Assembly (NCBI RefSeq): GCF_035594765.1
Contig: NC_085846.1
Coordinates: 13,937,190 to 14,001,189, forward strand
Length of the DNA: 64,000 nt
Reading direction: 5' to 3'
DNA from: Anolis carolinensis
Lineage: Eukaryota
Below are positions 33,790 to 47,510 of the stretch, piece by piece. The translations under genes and the position numbers were made by a program. Position 1 is the first letter of the stretch, and each line of letters begins with the position of its first letter. Under the pieces are notes generated by a model. It was not told where the DNA came from. It worked only from the letters and a program-made list of their open reading frames with translations, and made no database searches.

Positions 33790-35146
33790 TTTCTTAAAGT
33801 CTTTCCAAACTTTGGATTGCACAGCGTATAAAATCTCTTTCTTAGGAAGTCACCAGACTGAACCCAATCACTCTCTCCATGTTCTAGATCACTGCTCCTT
33901 AACTTGTGTGTCCCAATCCCAAATGGGCTCCCTTAGCTCAATGTTGAGGTCCTGAAAAAATTGGCAACAGGAAAAGTTTTCTGAACATCACCTTGAGGCT
34001 GTTTTAGACATTTACACGAATCTATGGCACAGTGTTTACAGTAGATTCTGCAGAAGATGCTTCAGCTATACATCATTAAAAAAGGAAAATCAGCCTGTTT
34101 AGCAAGCCTTGCAAATGCTAATTTGTTATTAGTAAGTATTTGATTTTTATACATATTTTATTTATATAGCTATATACCCTGCGTCCCATAAACATTTATT
34201 GGGTGGGTGCAGTTTGGGGACAATGACAGATGATGATGAGAGTTATAGTTTACCCACATCCTAATGCATTGTCTAATGGGACCAGTCATAAAATCCAAAA
34301 TCAAACAATGATTATTTCTAATAAATAGCACCACAAAATCCCTAACCCAGGCATCACCAGGTACTTTAGCTAGTTAATATGTAATAGTATAACACAATTG
34401 GCACACTAAGCTCATTCTGGGGGTTCAGGCTAGTGCTCTATGACTCTCTGATACCTTGGGAAGATTTCTCACTGTTTAACAGTAGCTTTTTCACATTGAC
34501 CACCACATTTTGCATCCCCTTCCCAGGGAGTTGTGAGAAGAGTACCTCATTTCTTTGTCTGCATTTTGGATTCTTTAGGATTCTGGAATACTTGCATTTG
34601 CATATGGATACATCATGAGATCTTTTGGAGATGACATCTGATTTTAAGCATGGGTTTTATTCGTAATCCAAATACAGGGTGTTTGAAAAAGAACTCCCTA
34701 GTTTTAATGTGTCTTAACTTAAAACTAGGGAGTTCTTTTTCAAACACCCTGTATAATCTGAAGGGAATTTTATACAATAATTTAAATAATTTTGTGCACA
34801 AAACTTTTGTGTACATTGAGCCATCAGAAATCAAAGGTGCCACTCTCTCTGCCACCCATGTGGAAAATTGTGGATTTTGGAATATTCCTGAATTTCGGAA
34901 AACGGATGCTCAACCTGTACTAGGTTTTATCAGGTGACCTTATTTTGTGAACAACCTGGACATCATGTAACAAATGTGTGTTTCTTAGGTTTTAAAACTA
35001 TTTTCAGCTACAGAAGGAAATGTAGGTTGTATCCTGTAATTAGGAAAAGCTATTATGCATCTCTTCCAGATTCCATCAGCAAAAGGCCAGGACCGATCAC
35101 AAAATACCTGACCTCCTAGTCCAAACAGAACTACAAATCTCTATAC

Positions 35147-35622
35147 CAGAGCTTTCCAAACTATGTGTCCGGACACACTAATGTGTTACCTGTAGTCCCT
35201 AGGCATGTTGCATGAAAAATGCTCCTGCCCCCACAAACAAAAACTGGTGTAGGTACAGTAGTTATTGTTTTATAATTTGCACCATTTGTTGATTGAGTTA
35301 CAGTAAATGCCACTAAAATGGATACATTTCTAATTAGGAAAAGAAAAATCTGTTGACAATTATGTTTGTGATGAACTCCATGGAGCGGTTACACAAGAAT
35401 CGACTGTAGTACATAAATATAAAGTAAAAATTCCAGACCTTCTTTATGCAGTAAAGATTATATTAAATTTATATATATTATGCATTATTTAATATTAATA
35501 TATGAAAATCTTATAAGGGTTTGATTTAACTTCTGGTTTGCCAGTAAAACGGAAAGACCATGTCGCAAAAGGATGTACGTCTAAAAAGTGTGTCCCCAAC
35601 ATGAAAAGTCTGGAAAGCTCTG
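35147..35622. mobile_element. hAT non-autonomous DNA transposon
   Basis: TIR CAGAGCTTTCCA / TGGAAAGCTCTG; 8-bp TSD CTCTATAC/CCCTATAC. Confidence 0.75.
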
Positions 35623-35779
35623 CCCTATACGCTGTTTGGTGTTGAGTGCCAAGATCCTACTTTTCTGGTGGGATGGGGATTGTAGGGCTTTTCAAGCTCT
35701 AATACTGGGCCCATGTTGGCTGAGGGATTCCAGGGTTTGTCAATAAAGAAATGTCATATATCGAGACTGCAAATGAGTA

Positions 35780-36912
35780 ATGTCTGGTTGCTGTTAGTTT
35801 TTCGGGCTGTATGGCCATGTTCCAGAAGCATTTTCTCCTGACATTTAGCTGGCCGTGATTATTTCATGCTTGGAATTCCCCTGTTTTCTGAGTGTTGTTC
35901 TTTATTTACTGTCCTGATTTTAGAAGACAGTAAATAAAATCAGGATGGTAAATAAAGAACAACACTCAGAAAACAGGGGAATTCCAGGCATGAAACAATC
36001 AGGGCCAGCAAACACCTCCCAACAAACGATTCCCCCAGGCTGGAATCAGCCAGGTCTTGAAGCTGCAAGGCCATTCAAAGAAAACAAAGGCAAGCTGCTG
36101 CTCTGGTAGAAATACAATACGATACTACTAATAATACAATATAATAATATTAATTATATATTAAATGTAATATTACTAATAATATTACCATATAATGATA
36201 TAGTACAATATAGTAATTTAATGCTTATATTGTGCTATGCTTATATTGTATATTCTCTTGATCTGTAAGCCGCTCTGGGTCCCCTTCAGGGTGAGAAGAG
36301 TGGCATATAAATGTAGTAAATAAATAAATAAATATATTTTTAAAGAACAATAAGATAAATTATTTTTAGACAAATAGGGTAAACTCCTTCTATTTTATTT
36401 TAAAGCATCAGATTCATGTCCAGTTTCAGCATTGTCCCACTTCACAGTTCCCCACTGTAGTATTTTTATATTATTATTATTATATTTATTTATTTTTATC
36501 CCACATTATCTCCCCAAAGGGAACTCAAAGTGGCTTGACATAAAAGCATTAGTATACATTAGCATTAGCTGGGGAATTTCAGACAAGAAGCAATCAGGGC
36601 CAGCTAACACCTCCCAACAAAGGATTCCCCCAGGCAGGAAGCCGTTAGGCTTTGAAGCTGCAAGGCTTGTCAATGCTAATCAAGGTGGCCAATTGCAACA
36701 TTCACACTTGCCTCAAACAGACAAGAGTTCTTTCTCCTACTCTGGACATTCCACATATCTATAAACCCCACTTGCCTAGTTTCCAACAGACTTCACAACC
36801 TCTGAGGATGCCTGCCATAGACGTGGGTGAAACGTCAGAAGAGAATACTGCAGGAACACAGCCATACAGAGCAACCCAGTAATTCCAGCCATGAAAGCCT
36901 TGGATAACATAT
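35780..36912. mobile_element. Penelope-like fragments (35780-36080, 36560-36912) interrupted by AT-rich DNA and SINE tails
   Basis: CAATCAGGGCCAGCTAACACCTCCCAACAAAGGATTCCCCCAGG...TTTGAAGCTGCAAGGC motifs shared with 53530-54270. Confidence 0.7.
36793..36843 (+). ncRNA. Minimal hammerhead ribozyme motif (Penelope-borne)
   Basis: CCT-CTGAGGA-T-GCCTGC-CATAGAC-GTGGGT-GAAA-CGTC-AG. Confidence 0.55.
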
Positions 36913-37167
36913 CAAATAACGTCTGATTAGTGCTTTGACTGATAAGGCAAGCGGCAGTTACACCAAAGGCAGCTTCCCCAGCCTTTGCCCTATGGCGCAA
37001 GAAAAAAAGGGAATAATACAAACTATCCATCTACAAAGAGGATCTGAGTTTCCTGCTTTGGTCAATTAATCAATGTGTCGAAAGAGCTGGAATGAATTGG
37101 TTACACTGTAGAATTAATGCAGTTTGACAGTTTTGACACCACTTTAACTGCTCTGGCTCAATGCTAC

Positions 37168-37292
37168 GCAAACTTGGGCCCTCCAGGTGTTTTGGACTTC
37201 AACTCCCACCATTCCTAACAGCCTACCGGCTGTTAGGAATGGTGGGAGTTGAAGTCCAAAACACCTGGAGGGCCCAAGTTTGCCCAGGCCTG
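37168..37292. mobile_element. hAT MITE nested in a Harbinger-like MITE
   Basis: Palindrome centred on AACAGCCTACCGGCTGTT; right end followed by GTGTAGATGCACCC. Confidence 0.8.
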
Positions 37293-37468
37293 GTGTAGAT
37301 GCACCCTTAGTGTTTTTCCTAAATCTGTTTTCTTTTAGTATATCTGACTTATATGACACTCACACCCACCATAGCACTGGCCCACAAGTGTCCCTAAAAA
37401 TAAGGGCAGAGATCCTGGGATCACTTGGGATCAACCCACGCAGCCCCCACAGCCCTGGCCGATCTTAC

Positions 37469-37800
37469 CTGGCCTTTCTTTTGGCATCTGCCCCTTGGAT
37501 CGCACCCCCTGCCTCTCCTTTCCCACAGTCCACTTGCTGAAGCAGGCAGATCCTGTTCTGCGACTGTTGCCAATGGCAGGTATCTGGAGGAGGTAGGCTT
37601 AAGCCTATTGAGGGCGACGGCGATAGGCTGGCAGGGCTGTCACTCTGAAAGGCGCAAGGGAACGAGTTTCCGTCGCCATCGCCTTGCCTTTCTCCCTGCG
37701 TTGCCTTGCATCTCACGCATGCGCAGTTGGCTCACAAGTAGTTCGCAGTGACATTTGCTACTAGGGAAGCAATAAATATTTTTAACGTACGTCATTAGAT
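37469..37800 (-). promoter_or_regulatory. Probable promoter and first non-coding exon of the SCAN-KRAB-ZNF gene
   Basis: CpG-rich; NRF1 motif CGCATGCGCA at 37716-37725; minus-strand donor CAG|GTAAGA near 37468. Confidence 0.55.
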
Positions 37801-37827
37801 AAATCTCCAATTCCAGCATCCCTATTT

Positions 37828-38945
37828 GTAAGTTGCTGTGAGCTTTCCAGGGTATATGGTTATGTTCCGGAAGCATTCTCTCCTGACGTTTCGCCCACAT
37901 CTATGACAGGCATTCTCAGAGGTTGTGAGGTCTGTTGGAAACTAAGCAAGTGAGGTTTATATACAGTAGAGTCTCGCTTATCCAACGTAAACGGGCCGGC
38001 AGAACATTGGATAAGCGAATATGTTGCATAATAAGGAGAGATTAAGGAAAAGTCTATTAAACATTAAATTAGGTTATGATTTTACAAATTAAGCACCAAA
38101 ACATCATGTTATACAACAAATTTGACAGAAAAAAGTACAGTAGAGTCTCACTTATCCAACATAAACGGGCCAGCAGAACGTTGGATAAGTGAATATGTTG
38201 GATAATAAGGAGGGATTAAGAAAAAGCATATTAAACATCAAATTAGGTTATGATTTTACAAATTAAGCACCAAAACATCATGTTATACAACAAAATTGAC
38301 AGAAAAAATAGTTCAATACACAATAATGCTATGCAGTAATTACTGTATTTACGAATTTAGCACCAAAATATCATGATGTATTGAAAACATTGACTACAAA
38401 AATGCGTTGGATAATCCTGAACGTTGGATAAGCGAGTGAGACTCTTGTGGAGAGTCCAAGGTGGGAGAAAGAACTCTTGTCTGTTTGAGGCAAGTGTGAA
38501 TGTTTCAATTGGCCACCTTGATTAGCATTGAATGGCCTTGCAGCTTCAAAGCCTGGCTGCTGGAATCCTTTGTTGGGAGTTCTTTCTCCCACCCTGGACA
38601 TTCCACAGATATATAAACCCCACTTGCCCAGTTTCCAACACACCTTACAATCTCTGAGGATGCCTGCCATATATGTGGGTGAAACGTCAGGAGAGAATGC
38701 TTCTGGAACATGGCCATACAGCCCGCAAGGTCCAGAGTGGAAGAAAGAACTCTTTGTCTGCTTGAGGCAAGTGTGAATGTTGCAATTGGCCACCTTGATT
38801 AGCATTGAGTAGCCTTGCAGCTTCAAAGCCTGGCTGCGTACTGCCTGGGGGAAATCCTTTGTTGGGAGGTGTTAGCTGGGGAATTCCAGACAAGAAACAA
38901 TCAGGGTCAGCTAACACCTCCCAACAAAGGATTCCCCCAGGCAGG
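37828..38945. mobile_element. Penelope fragments with nested Tc1/mariner MITEs (37964-38137 and 38138 to about 38445)
   Basis: Penelope terminal motifs in both orientations; CAGTAGAGTCTC TIRs inserted at TA, the second copy inside the first. Confidence 0.78.
38645..38696 (+). ncRNA. Minimal hammerhead ribozyme motif (Penelope-borne)
   Basis: TCT-CTGAGGA-T-GCCTGC-CATATAT-GTGGGT-GAAA-CGTC-AGGAGAG; core intact. Confidence 0.6.
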
Positions 38946-38949
38946 AGGC

Positions 38950-39070
38950 CTCTGGTATCGCGGGAACTAAAGAGTAAACACTACAAGGCCCCGCCCCCGA
39001 GTGGGCGGAGCTGCGAGGATGACGTCTGCCGAACTCCAGGACGCATGCGCCGTTGTGGGTTACTAGGTAG
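38950..39070 (+). promoter_or_regulatory. TACO1 promoter and first exon
   Basis: GC boxes at 38987 and 39003, CRE-like TGACGT at 39020, NRF1 CGCATGCGC at 39042-39050, donor AG|GTAGGT at 39066/39067. Confidence 0.65.
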
Positions 39071-39617
39071 GTCTGGGATTTTCTGTGAAGTTGGGGGTCT
39101 TTTCAATGCGTTGCAGCATTTGATGGAAACCTAACCATCCTTAACTGGTGCTCCCTTCCCAGATGAATTATTCTTGTCAATGTTTTGATCATAACACAAG
39201 CCTTGGCATCTACATTGTAGAATTGATTCAGTTTAACGCCACTTTATTTGCCATGGCTCAAGGCTATGGAATTCTGGGAGTTGTAGTTTTACAAGGTCTT
39301 TAAGTTTTCCCTGCCAAAGAGTGCTGGTGCCTCAGGATTCCTACAATTCCTCTGCCTACCTAGAGGTTTTCATTGGTAGTCTCCCATCCAACTTTTAACC
39401 AAGGCTGACCCTGCATAGCTTCCAGGATCAGATGAACTCTTGCCTTTAGTCTGCTTAGGCCCTATGTAAATGAATAAAACATACTATAAATGTATATAAA
39501 TATATTATATTGTATGTTGTATATTGTCTTTCTAGAGATTTAACAATAGGCATTTCCTTCGTGTTTTATTTCAAGGTTAGTCCCAAAGAGGCTTCTCCTC
39601 TTTGTCCCGCCTAGGCC

Positions 39618-42099
39618 ATGTCGGTGGGTCTCACTCTCACACGGGCAAATGTCTTATTCCGGCAACATCTTTTTACGTTCCTGGACCACCCCGTTCGCCC
39701 CATCCACGCCTCCTGGACTGCGTTCGCCGGACATAACAAATGGTCCAAGGTCAAGCATGTGAAAGGCCCAAAAGATTTGGCTCGGTCCCGTGTTTTCCAG
39801 AAACTCACCATGATGATCCGACTGGCAGTCAAAGGTACAGCGGCAGCATCGGGATGGTGTCAGACTTCATTGCTTCTGTACCAGGCATGGGCAAACTTGG
39901 GCCCTCCAGGTGTTTTGGACTTCAACTCTCACAATTCCTAACAGCCTACCGGCTGTTAGGAATTGTGGGAGTTGAAGTCCAAAACACCTGGAGGGCCCAA
40001 GTTTGCCCACGCCTGTTCTATACTGTAGATATGCACTATCATAGAAACACTGCATCATAGATCCCAAGCCCATCCTACCATGGAGTAACACACAATCAAA
40101 GCCCTCCTGACAGATGGCCATACAGCCTCTGCTTATAAAACCTCCAGAGAAGGAGAATCTACCACACTCCCAGGCACCCTGAGTCAATATGTGTGATTGT
40201 TAGCCACCTTGAGTGCCTATGTGGAGAAAGTCCCGATAGAAATAAAGATGATGATGTTAATAACAACAATAACAACAACAACAACAACAACAACAATAAT
40301 ATGGCCAATGGTAAGGGATTGAGGGAGGTCTATACAGACTGGCAGTAGTTTCCCAAGATTTCTGACATTAGTCTTTTCACACTATATACATGAATATGTC
40401 AGAGGATTAGATACAGGGCAGCACATGTTCAAAACTATTCTCTTGTTTTGAATTTTGAAATAATTCATCTTCACAAGCATCACATAATTCTCAACACATA
40501 TTTCTCTCATTTTCCTTTACCTCCAGTTTGCCTCGGCTTAATCTCCTGTCCCTAAGCTTAGCTTGAATTTCAGATTCCAAAGCAAGGGAATGCTTTTTGT
40601 TGAATTCCTGCAATGCCTATTGATGGTGTTCTCTTAGGCAGCGATGATGGTGATAATATACTCTTTCTCTTTTCATGTCTTTGGCAGAAGGAGGCCCCAA
40701 CCCAGAACTGAACAGTAATCTAGCCAATGTTATTGAGCAATGTCGGAGCAACAGCATGCCAAAATCTTCCATCGAAGCAGCAATCTCTGGTGGGGTATGT
40801 TCCTCAGATGCTTAGAGCTAGTAGATAGATGTGGCTGACACCGTTGCCTTTGTGAAAGAGTTGCTTTTTTTGGAGAAGAGAGACTAACAGGAGCAAGAAA
40901 TGCATCTGGGGCGCTTCAATTGTTGTTAGGCTATGACTACCATAATTCTTCCGGTAGCTATCCTGATTAGAGCTTCATGAGTGTTAATAATCACATAAAT
41001 TCTTGTGGGCAACATGGTTTCTGCTGCTGTGTTCGCTGTTGGAAAAAAAATGTTCTGTTGTGATTTGCATTTCCAAGCCAGCAATGGCAGAATTACAAAT
41101 GTAGCAATAGTAATAGCCATGACAAGCATACTCTGTGGTGTAGAATACATATACAAGTATATTTCAGTTAATGAATTACATGTATTCTTTGGTATTACAG
41201 TGGGTATAAGTAATGTGGAAAGAACAGACATAGATTCCTATACCACATACAGAGATATCAAACTTATGGCCCTCTAGATCAGTGGTTCTCGACCTGCAGG
41301 TCCCCAGGTGTTTTGGCCTACAACTCCCAGAAATCCCAGCCAGTTTACCAGCTGTTAGGATTTCTGGGAGTTGAAGGCCAAAACGTCCTGGGAAACACAG
41401 GTTGAGAACCACTGCTCTAGCTGTTTCAGGCTCAGCTCCCAGAAGCCCTAGCCAGCTTGTCCAGTGGCCAAGAATTCTGGGAGCTGAAGTCCAAAGCACC
41501 TGGAGGGTCACTGGTTTGATACCACTGACACATAAGAAAGGCAAGCATAACTAACAGTACACATGTGTAACATGAAACTTGGTCAGGTGAGTTTTGCATA
41601 GGTCAACAAAAGTTGTTGAACTTTTAAAAGACTACTTCGGGCGTTCTACCAAAATATATTCAGAGATGACTTTTTCTTCCACCAGCTTCTGTGTTTCTTA
41701 TTATAGATCTAGATCTATGCCTTTTAAAAAGATGTTGGAGATAGCTGCTGAGGCAGGCTTATATGCTCCCTCCTTTCATCTCTGTTTACTATTTATGCAT
41801 GCCTAGTAAGTGATTCTGGAGTTATCTGCTATAGACCTTGCCTGTTATAACCATATATTTACAGCATAATCCCACTTTTTCTCAGCTCAAGCTTTAGTGG
41901 GTTGTTTTTCCTGTTTTTCTTCATTCTTCATTTTTGTAGTACAGATGCTTCTAAAAACTTTCTAGATAGTCAGAGGATGTGAAGGAAAATGAAATGGGCT
42001 AATTGTTAAAAAGTGCTTCTTTATTAGAGGGTTTGTTAACTGAGGAATGCATGTATTGTCTAAACTGGATAGCCCTGTAGACTTCCAGATGTGGCTGAC

Positions 42100-42136
<37 letters not shown>

Positions 42137-43635
42137 AATAATAATAATCATTGATTCATTCATTATCCACCTCTTCTTGCAACTTGAGGGGGGTACAACA
42201 TGGTTAAAACAAAGAGATAAAACACAACACTAATAAAATACCGGGTACATAAAACAAGATACACACAGATAAAATACAAGTTAAAATCCACAAGTTAAAA
42301 TTGACTGGGTAGACCTAGCAGAAGGGTGAGGTCTTCAGTTTTGTCTCATATTCTGAAAGCTGACACTCAGCATTCATTATAATTCATTGTGGTGGCTACA
42401 ACTGCTGGGATTTGCAGTCCAATGACAGTAGGACAGCCACTCCATTCCCACCTTTTTTTCTAAACAAACATTGAAATGTGATATGTGACTGTAAATAGAA
42501 ATGACAAAATTTTGCAGCTCTGGGATTGAGGGATTTAGTTTTGGCAGGAGGCAACCTAGAGTTACTTTGAACAGTCACCCATGGACCTGGTTTCAGTGAA
42601 CAGGGATCCTAAATATAAAACTTGTTCCTATTTTTCATTGTTTGGATAGGACAAAGCCAAGTCCTCCTACCTGCTCTATGAAGTGCGAGGCCCTGGCGGT
42701 TCTTCCCTCCTTATCGAGATCCTGACGGACAATGCAAAGAGGTCTTACCATGAAATCCGCTATCTTTTGAACCATAATGGGTGAGTGTGTTTTTTAGGCT
42801 TTTAGGGTCCTTGTCCACTTTGTTGCCAAGTTTTGACAGCTGTCAGGTGCTACAGAAAGGGTTAATTTTTGTTAGCCTGTTTTTTTACATCAGCTTGGCA
42901 GTTTGTGTCTGGTAAAAGATATGAAGGATGAAAACAAACTAGAGGAGTGAATTTTCCTTTGTTACTCACCTGCTTTACACAATTCTGCTTGCTCTTGTGG
43001 GAAGGAAGAGACAGGCCACACTTCCACAATTTGATATTGTGTGTTTGGTTTTACAATGTATAATACTTGAGAACCCGTCAGCCTTACCTTTGAAAAGGTT
43101 CACATCAATCCAGGAATCTCATATATTCAGCAATGGAGAATGTGTTCACTGTCCAGGAATAGTAGGGAGAGAATTACAGTCAGCTCTTTACATTTGCTGG
43201 GATTACAGGCGTAAAAGTGAAGAAAAAAACCCCGCCAGGAATGATAAAATACTATTATTTTACCCAAAGGCCCTTCCAGACAGGCCCCATATCCCAGGAA
43301 CTGATCCCAGGTTTTCTGTTTATCCTAGATTACCTGGCAGAGCAGACTCATATAATCCAGTTTGAAGCAGAAAATCTGGGATCAGATCCTGGGATATAGG
43401 GCCTGTCTGGAAGAGCCCCAAGAGAACCCTTCTGTAAAATTTTGCTAGTGATCTTGTGGTCAACATCTGATGGAAGCTGAGCTTTAAAGGCTATTTTAAG
43501 TGTATTTATTGTATTTTAATTGTTTTTTGCCACACTGTTACTATTTGATTTTTTTTTAACTTTTGTATTGCACCTTTTAACCTTGTCTAGTGTGGGATTG
43601 TTAGCCATCTTGAATCCCAACGGGAAGAAAGGCAG

Positions 43636-43694
<59 letters not shown>

Positions 43695-45543
43695 CAACAA
43701 TAATAATAATGTTGTCAACAAGTGTGCCACCAACATGAAATGTTTGGAAAGCTGTAATCTAGATATTTCTAGATAGATAATTGTAATTGAACCTGTAATA
43801 GTGAAACCTGCAAATGTGGAGTGCTGACTGTAGCTTTTTAGGGACCCTGTTGATGTGTGTATGACTTATAATAAATAATAATAAGAAAACTTTATTTATA
43901 TACCACCCTATCTCCTCAAGAGGACTTGGGGCAGTTTCCTGCATAGCAAAACATTCAATTTCCGAAAAGAAACCATACAACAAATTAAAGATAGTAAAAA
44001 TAATATAAAACAAAATAATAATCATAAAACAAGAACATACAATTCAAAACAATCACAAAGATTAGTTCAGTTCAAAATATGGGAAGGAGGAGGACAGGGT
44101 GCAAGCTAGTTTCTGCTGCTCTGGAGTCTAAGACACAAAGCAGTGGATTCAAATTGCAGAAAATAACTTATTTGCTGCATCGTCTCCCACCCGTAAAGCT
44201 TATGATATAGTACAAATGTGTCGCAGTGATTGGTAGTGAACAAACTATTGGAAAGGCCTGTAACTACAGCAACTTTGTGAGATGAAACAGTTTGGGAAGG
44301 TTACACTTGAGGTTGTTATCCAGTCAAGTAACTTGTCTGAGTTCTGAATTGGAGGTTAAAAAGAACAACCTCCAGGCCTGCCATCGCTTAGATTTCATCC
44401 CAGGGCCTGGTCATTTGGTTTCCTGCAGGGGCATCTTTGCTGATGGAGCTCGGCACAATTTTGAGAAGAAGGGGGTTGTGTCTGTGAAGCAGGAGGATCG
44501 GTCTGGCAACCCAGTCAGTTTGGATCGGGCCCTTGAGTTGGCTATTGAAGCTGGAGCCGAAGATGTCAAGGAAGAGGAAGATGAAGATGAGAAGATAACG
44601 CTGAAGGTAAGATGCGAGTTCAGTTCAAAATATGGAAAGAAGAAGGACAATATCCTCATCTGATTTGGCGATACTTAATTGGCTAGTTGTGAGATGATGC
44701 ACAGTATAAGTTTGAGCCTTGGACCAATGTTTGAATCCCTGCTCAGCATGGAAACTCACTGGACAGTTTTTTAAAAAGTCATACTCTCTCAGATTTAGAG
44801 GGAAACAATGGCACACTTCCTCTGATTAAACCTTGTCAAGAGAACCTATAAATTGGAGTTGACTTGAAGGCACATTAACAATAGTATTAATTGCAGAAAC
44901 TGAGGCTCCATTTGCAGAATGTAGTAGAAAAAACAATGCCTTAGTCAGTAGTTCCCAAACTTTGCTCCTCCAGGTGTTTTTGATTTCAACTCCCAGAGTT
45001 CATGGCTCTTGGCTAAGTCAGCTAGGGCTTATGAGAGTTGAATTTCAAATCAGAATTTGGGAATTACTACTTTCACCTTATAGTTAAGCATGAAGGAGAC
45101 TCTATTGCTTTTACCTGCAAAATTATCCTCTTCTGTACAATGCTCACAGCCCTCCATTGCTATAGGTTATATGGTTCTCAAGCCTCTGCCAATGTACTCC
45201 AAGTTCTTTTACTCTCATTTTGTATCAACACTGGGAATCTTAATGTTCATTTTTGGAAGGGGACATTTCTGCATTTATGTTCAAGGCTCTGAAGGATTTT
45301 CCTGGCTGATTTGTCTTCTTTGCCTGCTCTCTTTCCCTCCAGTTTATCTGTGCGGTGCCCACTTTGCGCCAGGTCCGTGAAAAACTAGAGTCGCAGGGCC
45401 TTTCTTCGCTCTCTGCCAGTGTGGACTTTATCCCAACTATTAGTGCCCAGCTTTCAGATGAAGAGATGGAACGGGCTTCACAACTCCTAGAGGCGCTTCG
45501 GGATTGTATGGACGTTGTGGGAATTTATGACAACATTGCCTAG
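39618..45543 (+). CDS. TACO1: Translational activator of cytochrome c oxidase 1 (exons 39618-39834, 40688-40794, 42650-42780, 44429-44606, 45343-45543; 277 aa)
   Basis: YebC/TACO1 motifs [40 protein letters not shown]...[19 protein letters not shown]-terminal IYDNIA*; basic N-terminal presequence-like leader; splice phases consistent. Confidence 0.93.
39882..40015. mobile_element. hAT MITE
   Basis: Near-perfect 134-bp palindrome; TSD TTCTGTAC/TTCTATAC. Confidence 0.85.
40045..40180 (-). mobile_element. CR1 3' fragment
   Basis: Reverse complement of the CR1 3' UTR seen at 5735; another copy at about 28190-28330. Confidence 0.55.
41280..41414. mobile_element. SPIN-like hAT MITE
   Basis: TIR CAGTGGTTCTC.ACCT / AGGTTGAGAACCACTG; TSD CTCTAGAT/CTCTAGCT; other copies at 57181-57314 and 49203-49300 (partial). 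Confidence 0.75.
42100..42134. repeat. (GAT)n microsatellite
   Basis: Perfect GAT run. Confidence 0.9.
43269..43417. mobile_element. Harbinger-like MITE
   Basis: TIR GGCCCTTCCAGACAGGCCCCATATCCCAGGA / TCCTGGGATATAGGGCCTGTCTGGAAGAGCC; related elements at 50043-50195 and 51884-52023. Confidence 0.65.
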
Positions 45544-47510
45544 ATTGACAAGACTCCCTGAATGGATGCTGCCAAAGTTTTTGCAGCAGGGCCTTTTTCT
45601 TTGACCTTTTTAGTATGGGACAAGTGTGGGATGCCTTTTCTAATTAATTCAGATTGGCACTATGGATGAAGGTTACTTTATTTGAAATGCCATCTTGCTT
45701 CTTCTAGGCTCCCTGACAGTTCCTTATATGAAAGGCCCACATGGTCTATATAATGAAATGGTTTGTAAAGCAAATGCAGATGCTGGGAAAACATTGTAGA
45801 AAGGGCTTGGAGTCTCTTTGTACTTTGAAAGAGCTTTGTACTCTAGCAAATGCCAGAATGTGTTTACCAAGAAGACCTAAAATAGATTGGTGAAGTGCCA
45901 CCGTGGGTACATCCAGCTACACACATTTGTTTTTGTATCCTCCAAGACATCTCTTCCTGAAACAAAAAATGAAGAGGAAGTGATTCCTGCTTACTTTCTT
46001 TTCTTAAAAAAGGTCTCTTACCTAAAAAATGACAAAAATGTTCCCACACATACTAAAATAATTTGGGGGCAATTTAGTGGTGGGGCACACATCTCCAAGA
46101 TCTTTTCGGATGCTAATGTTCCTCCTTAGCTTTCCAGTTACTTATTTTGACCTAAAATCAGAACTTGGGAATGTTACCTTTTGGATAGGATCTTACAGAA
46201 TCCCCCACCCACCATAGCCATGGAGGCTGGGAGTTATAGTCAGAAAAAAGGTGATTTTCCTAGTTCTGTTGCATATCCCATCCCTTTGATGAAGCTTCAG
46301 TGTTGTCTGGTGTTCTCTGCCACATGCGAGTGATCTTTCTGACTCTTGCTGGTCTAAGAATGTGTGCTGTCCCTGAGGAAGTGGTGCTCCGGTTGTCGAA
46401 TGTCTTGCCACCTATTTTGGGAACCAAAAAAGCCTACAATCTTGTTTCTCTTCTTGGAAGACTGCTCAATAAGATGATTTTCAAAGCTTTTATTTTAAAA
46501 AGTCTCCATGGCCAAGTCTCATGCACAAGTCTGTTAACAACGTAAAGTATTAAAACATTTAGTTTTGATATTCTGTTGTTTAGTCACTACCAACTTTCAT
46601 GTAAAACCACCTTTTTGCCCCATAAGATAATTGCAGTCCAAAGGAGAAATATTTCCAACTCCTATAATAATGATGGTGAGAAGTTGCCCGCTCACTGGCT
46701 GATTCCTTGCCAGCCAAGCAAAGAGGCAACAATGAAAGTGAAGATGAGGCACAACAGCAGCTTGTGGCAATGGCAGTGAGAAGGCAGGTTGGACAATGGA
46801 GGAGGCCTAGTGAAAATGACACTGCTCAATTTCCTAACAAAAACTCAGAACTAGCCCTATTGTATAGGGGCTGATTTACAAAGGGTATTTTACTCTGGGA
46901 TTAGGCAAAAACCAACAACAACAGTTAAACTGATAAAATATTCATGCAAAGTACTAATTTCAAGAGCCGGTGTGAAAGATATGTGTAGATCCCTTCCTGA
47001 TCTACATATGACCTGATGGCTCAGAATAATATAAGAGATAACTTCACATTAAATTTTGAAATACAAGAGGATGGTCCAAGAACTTTATGATAGGAGTTCA
47101 ATACGAACAATGAAGGGATGGTCACTTTGTTTCTACTCCAGATGTTGTTGGATTATAGCTTCCATCAGCTCTAGGCAGTGTTGAAGAATGTCTGGGGCTG
47201 CAGTCCAAACAACATTGAAAGGGCAAGTAACAGGGAAACTTGCAACTGGTATATATAAGGGAACAGACCCTTCCTGGAGTTGATCTGTACTTTCAAATTT
47301 GAGACCACTTTATCTGTCAAGAGTGTCTTCCTACACAATCCTGGGATTTGTATTCTACACGCCTGAATAAGAATACCAGAGCTTTCTAGCAGAAAACGTA
47401 AAAATCCCTCACCAAACTACTAATCCCAAATTCCATAAAACTGAGTCATGACAGTTAAACATTATTCCACACTGCTGGTCTCCAATTGAAGTTCTGCATG
47501 GGTTTGTGGC

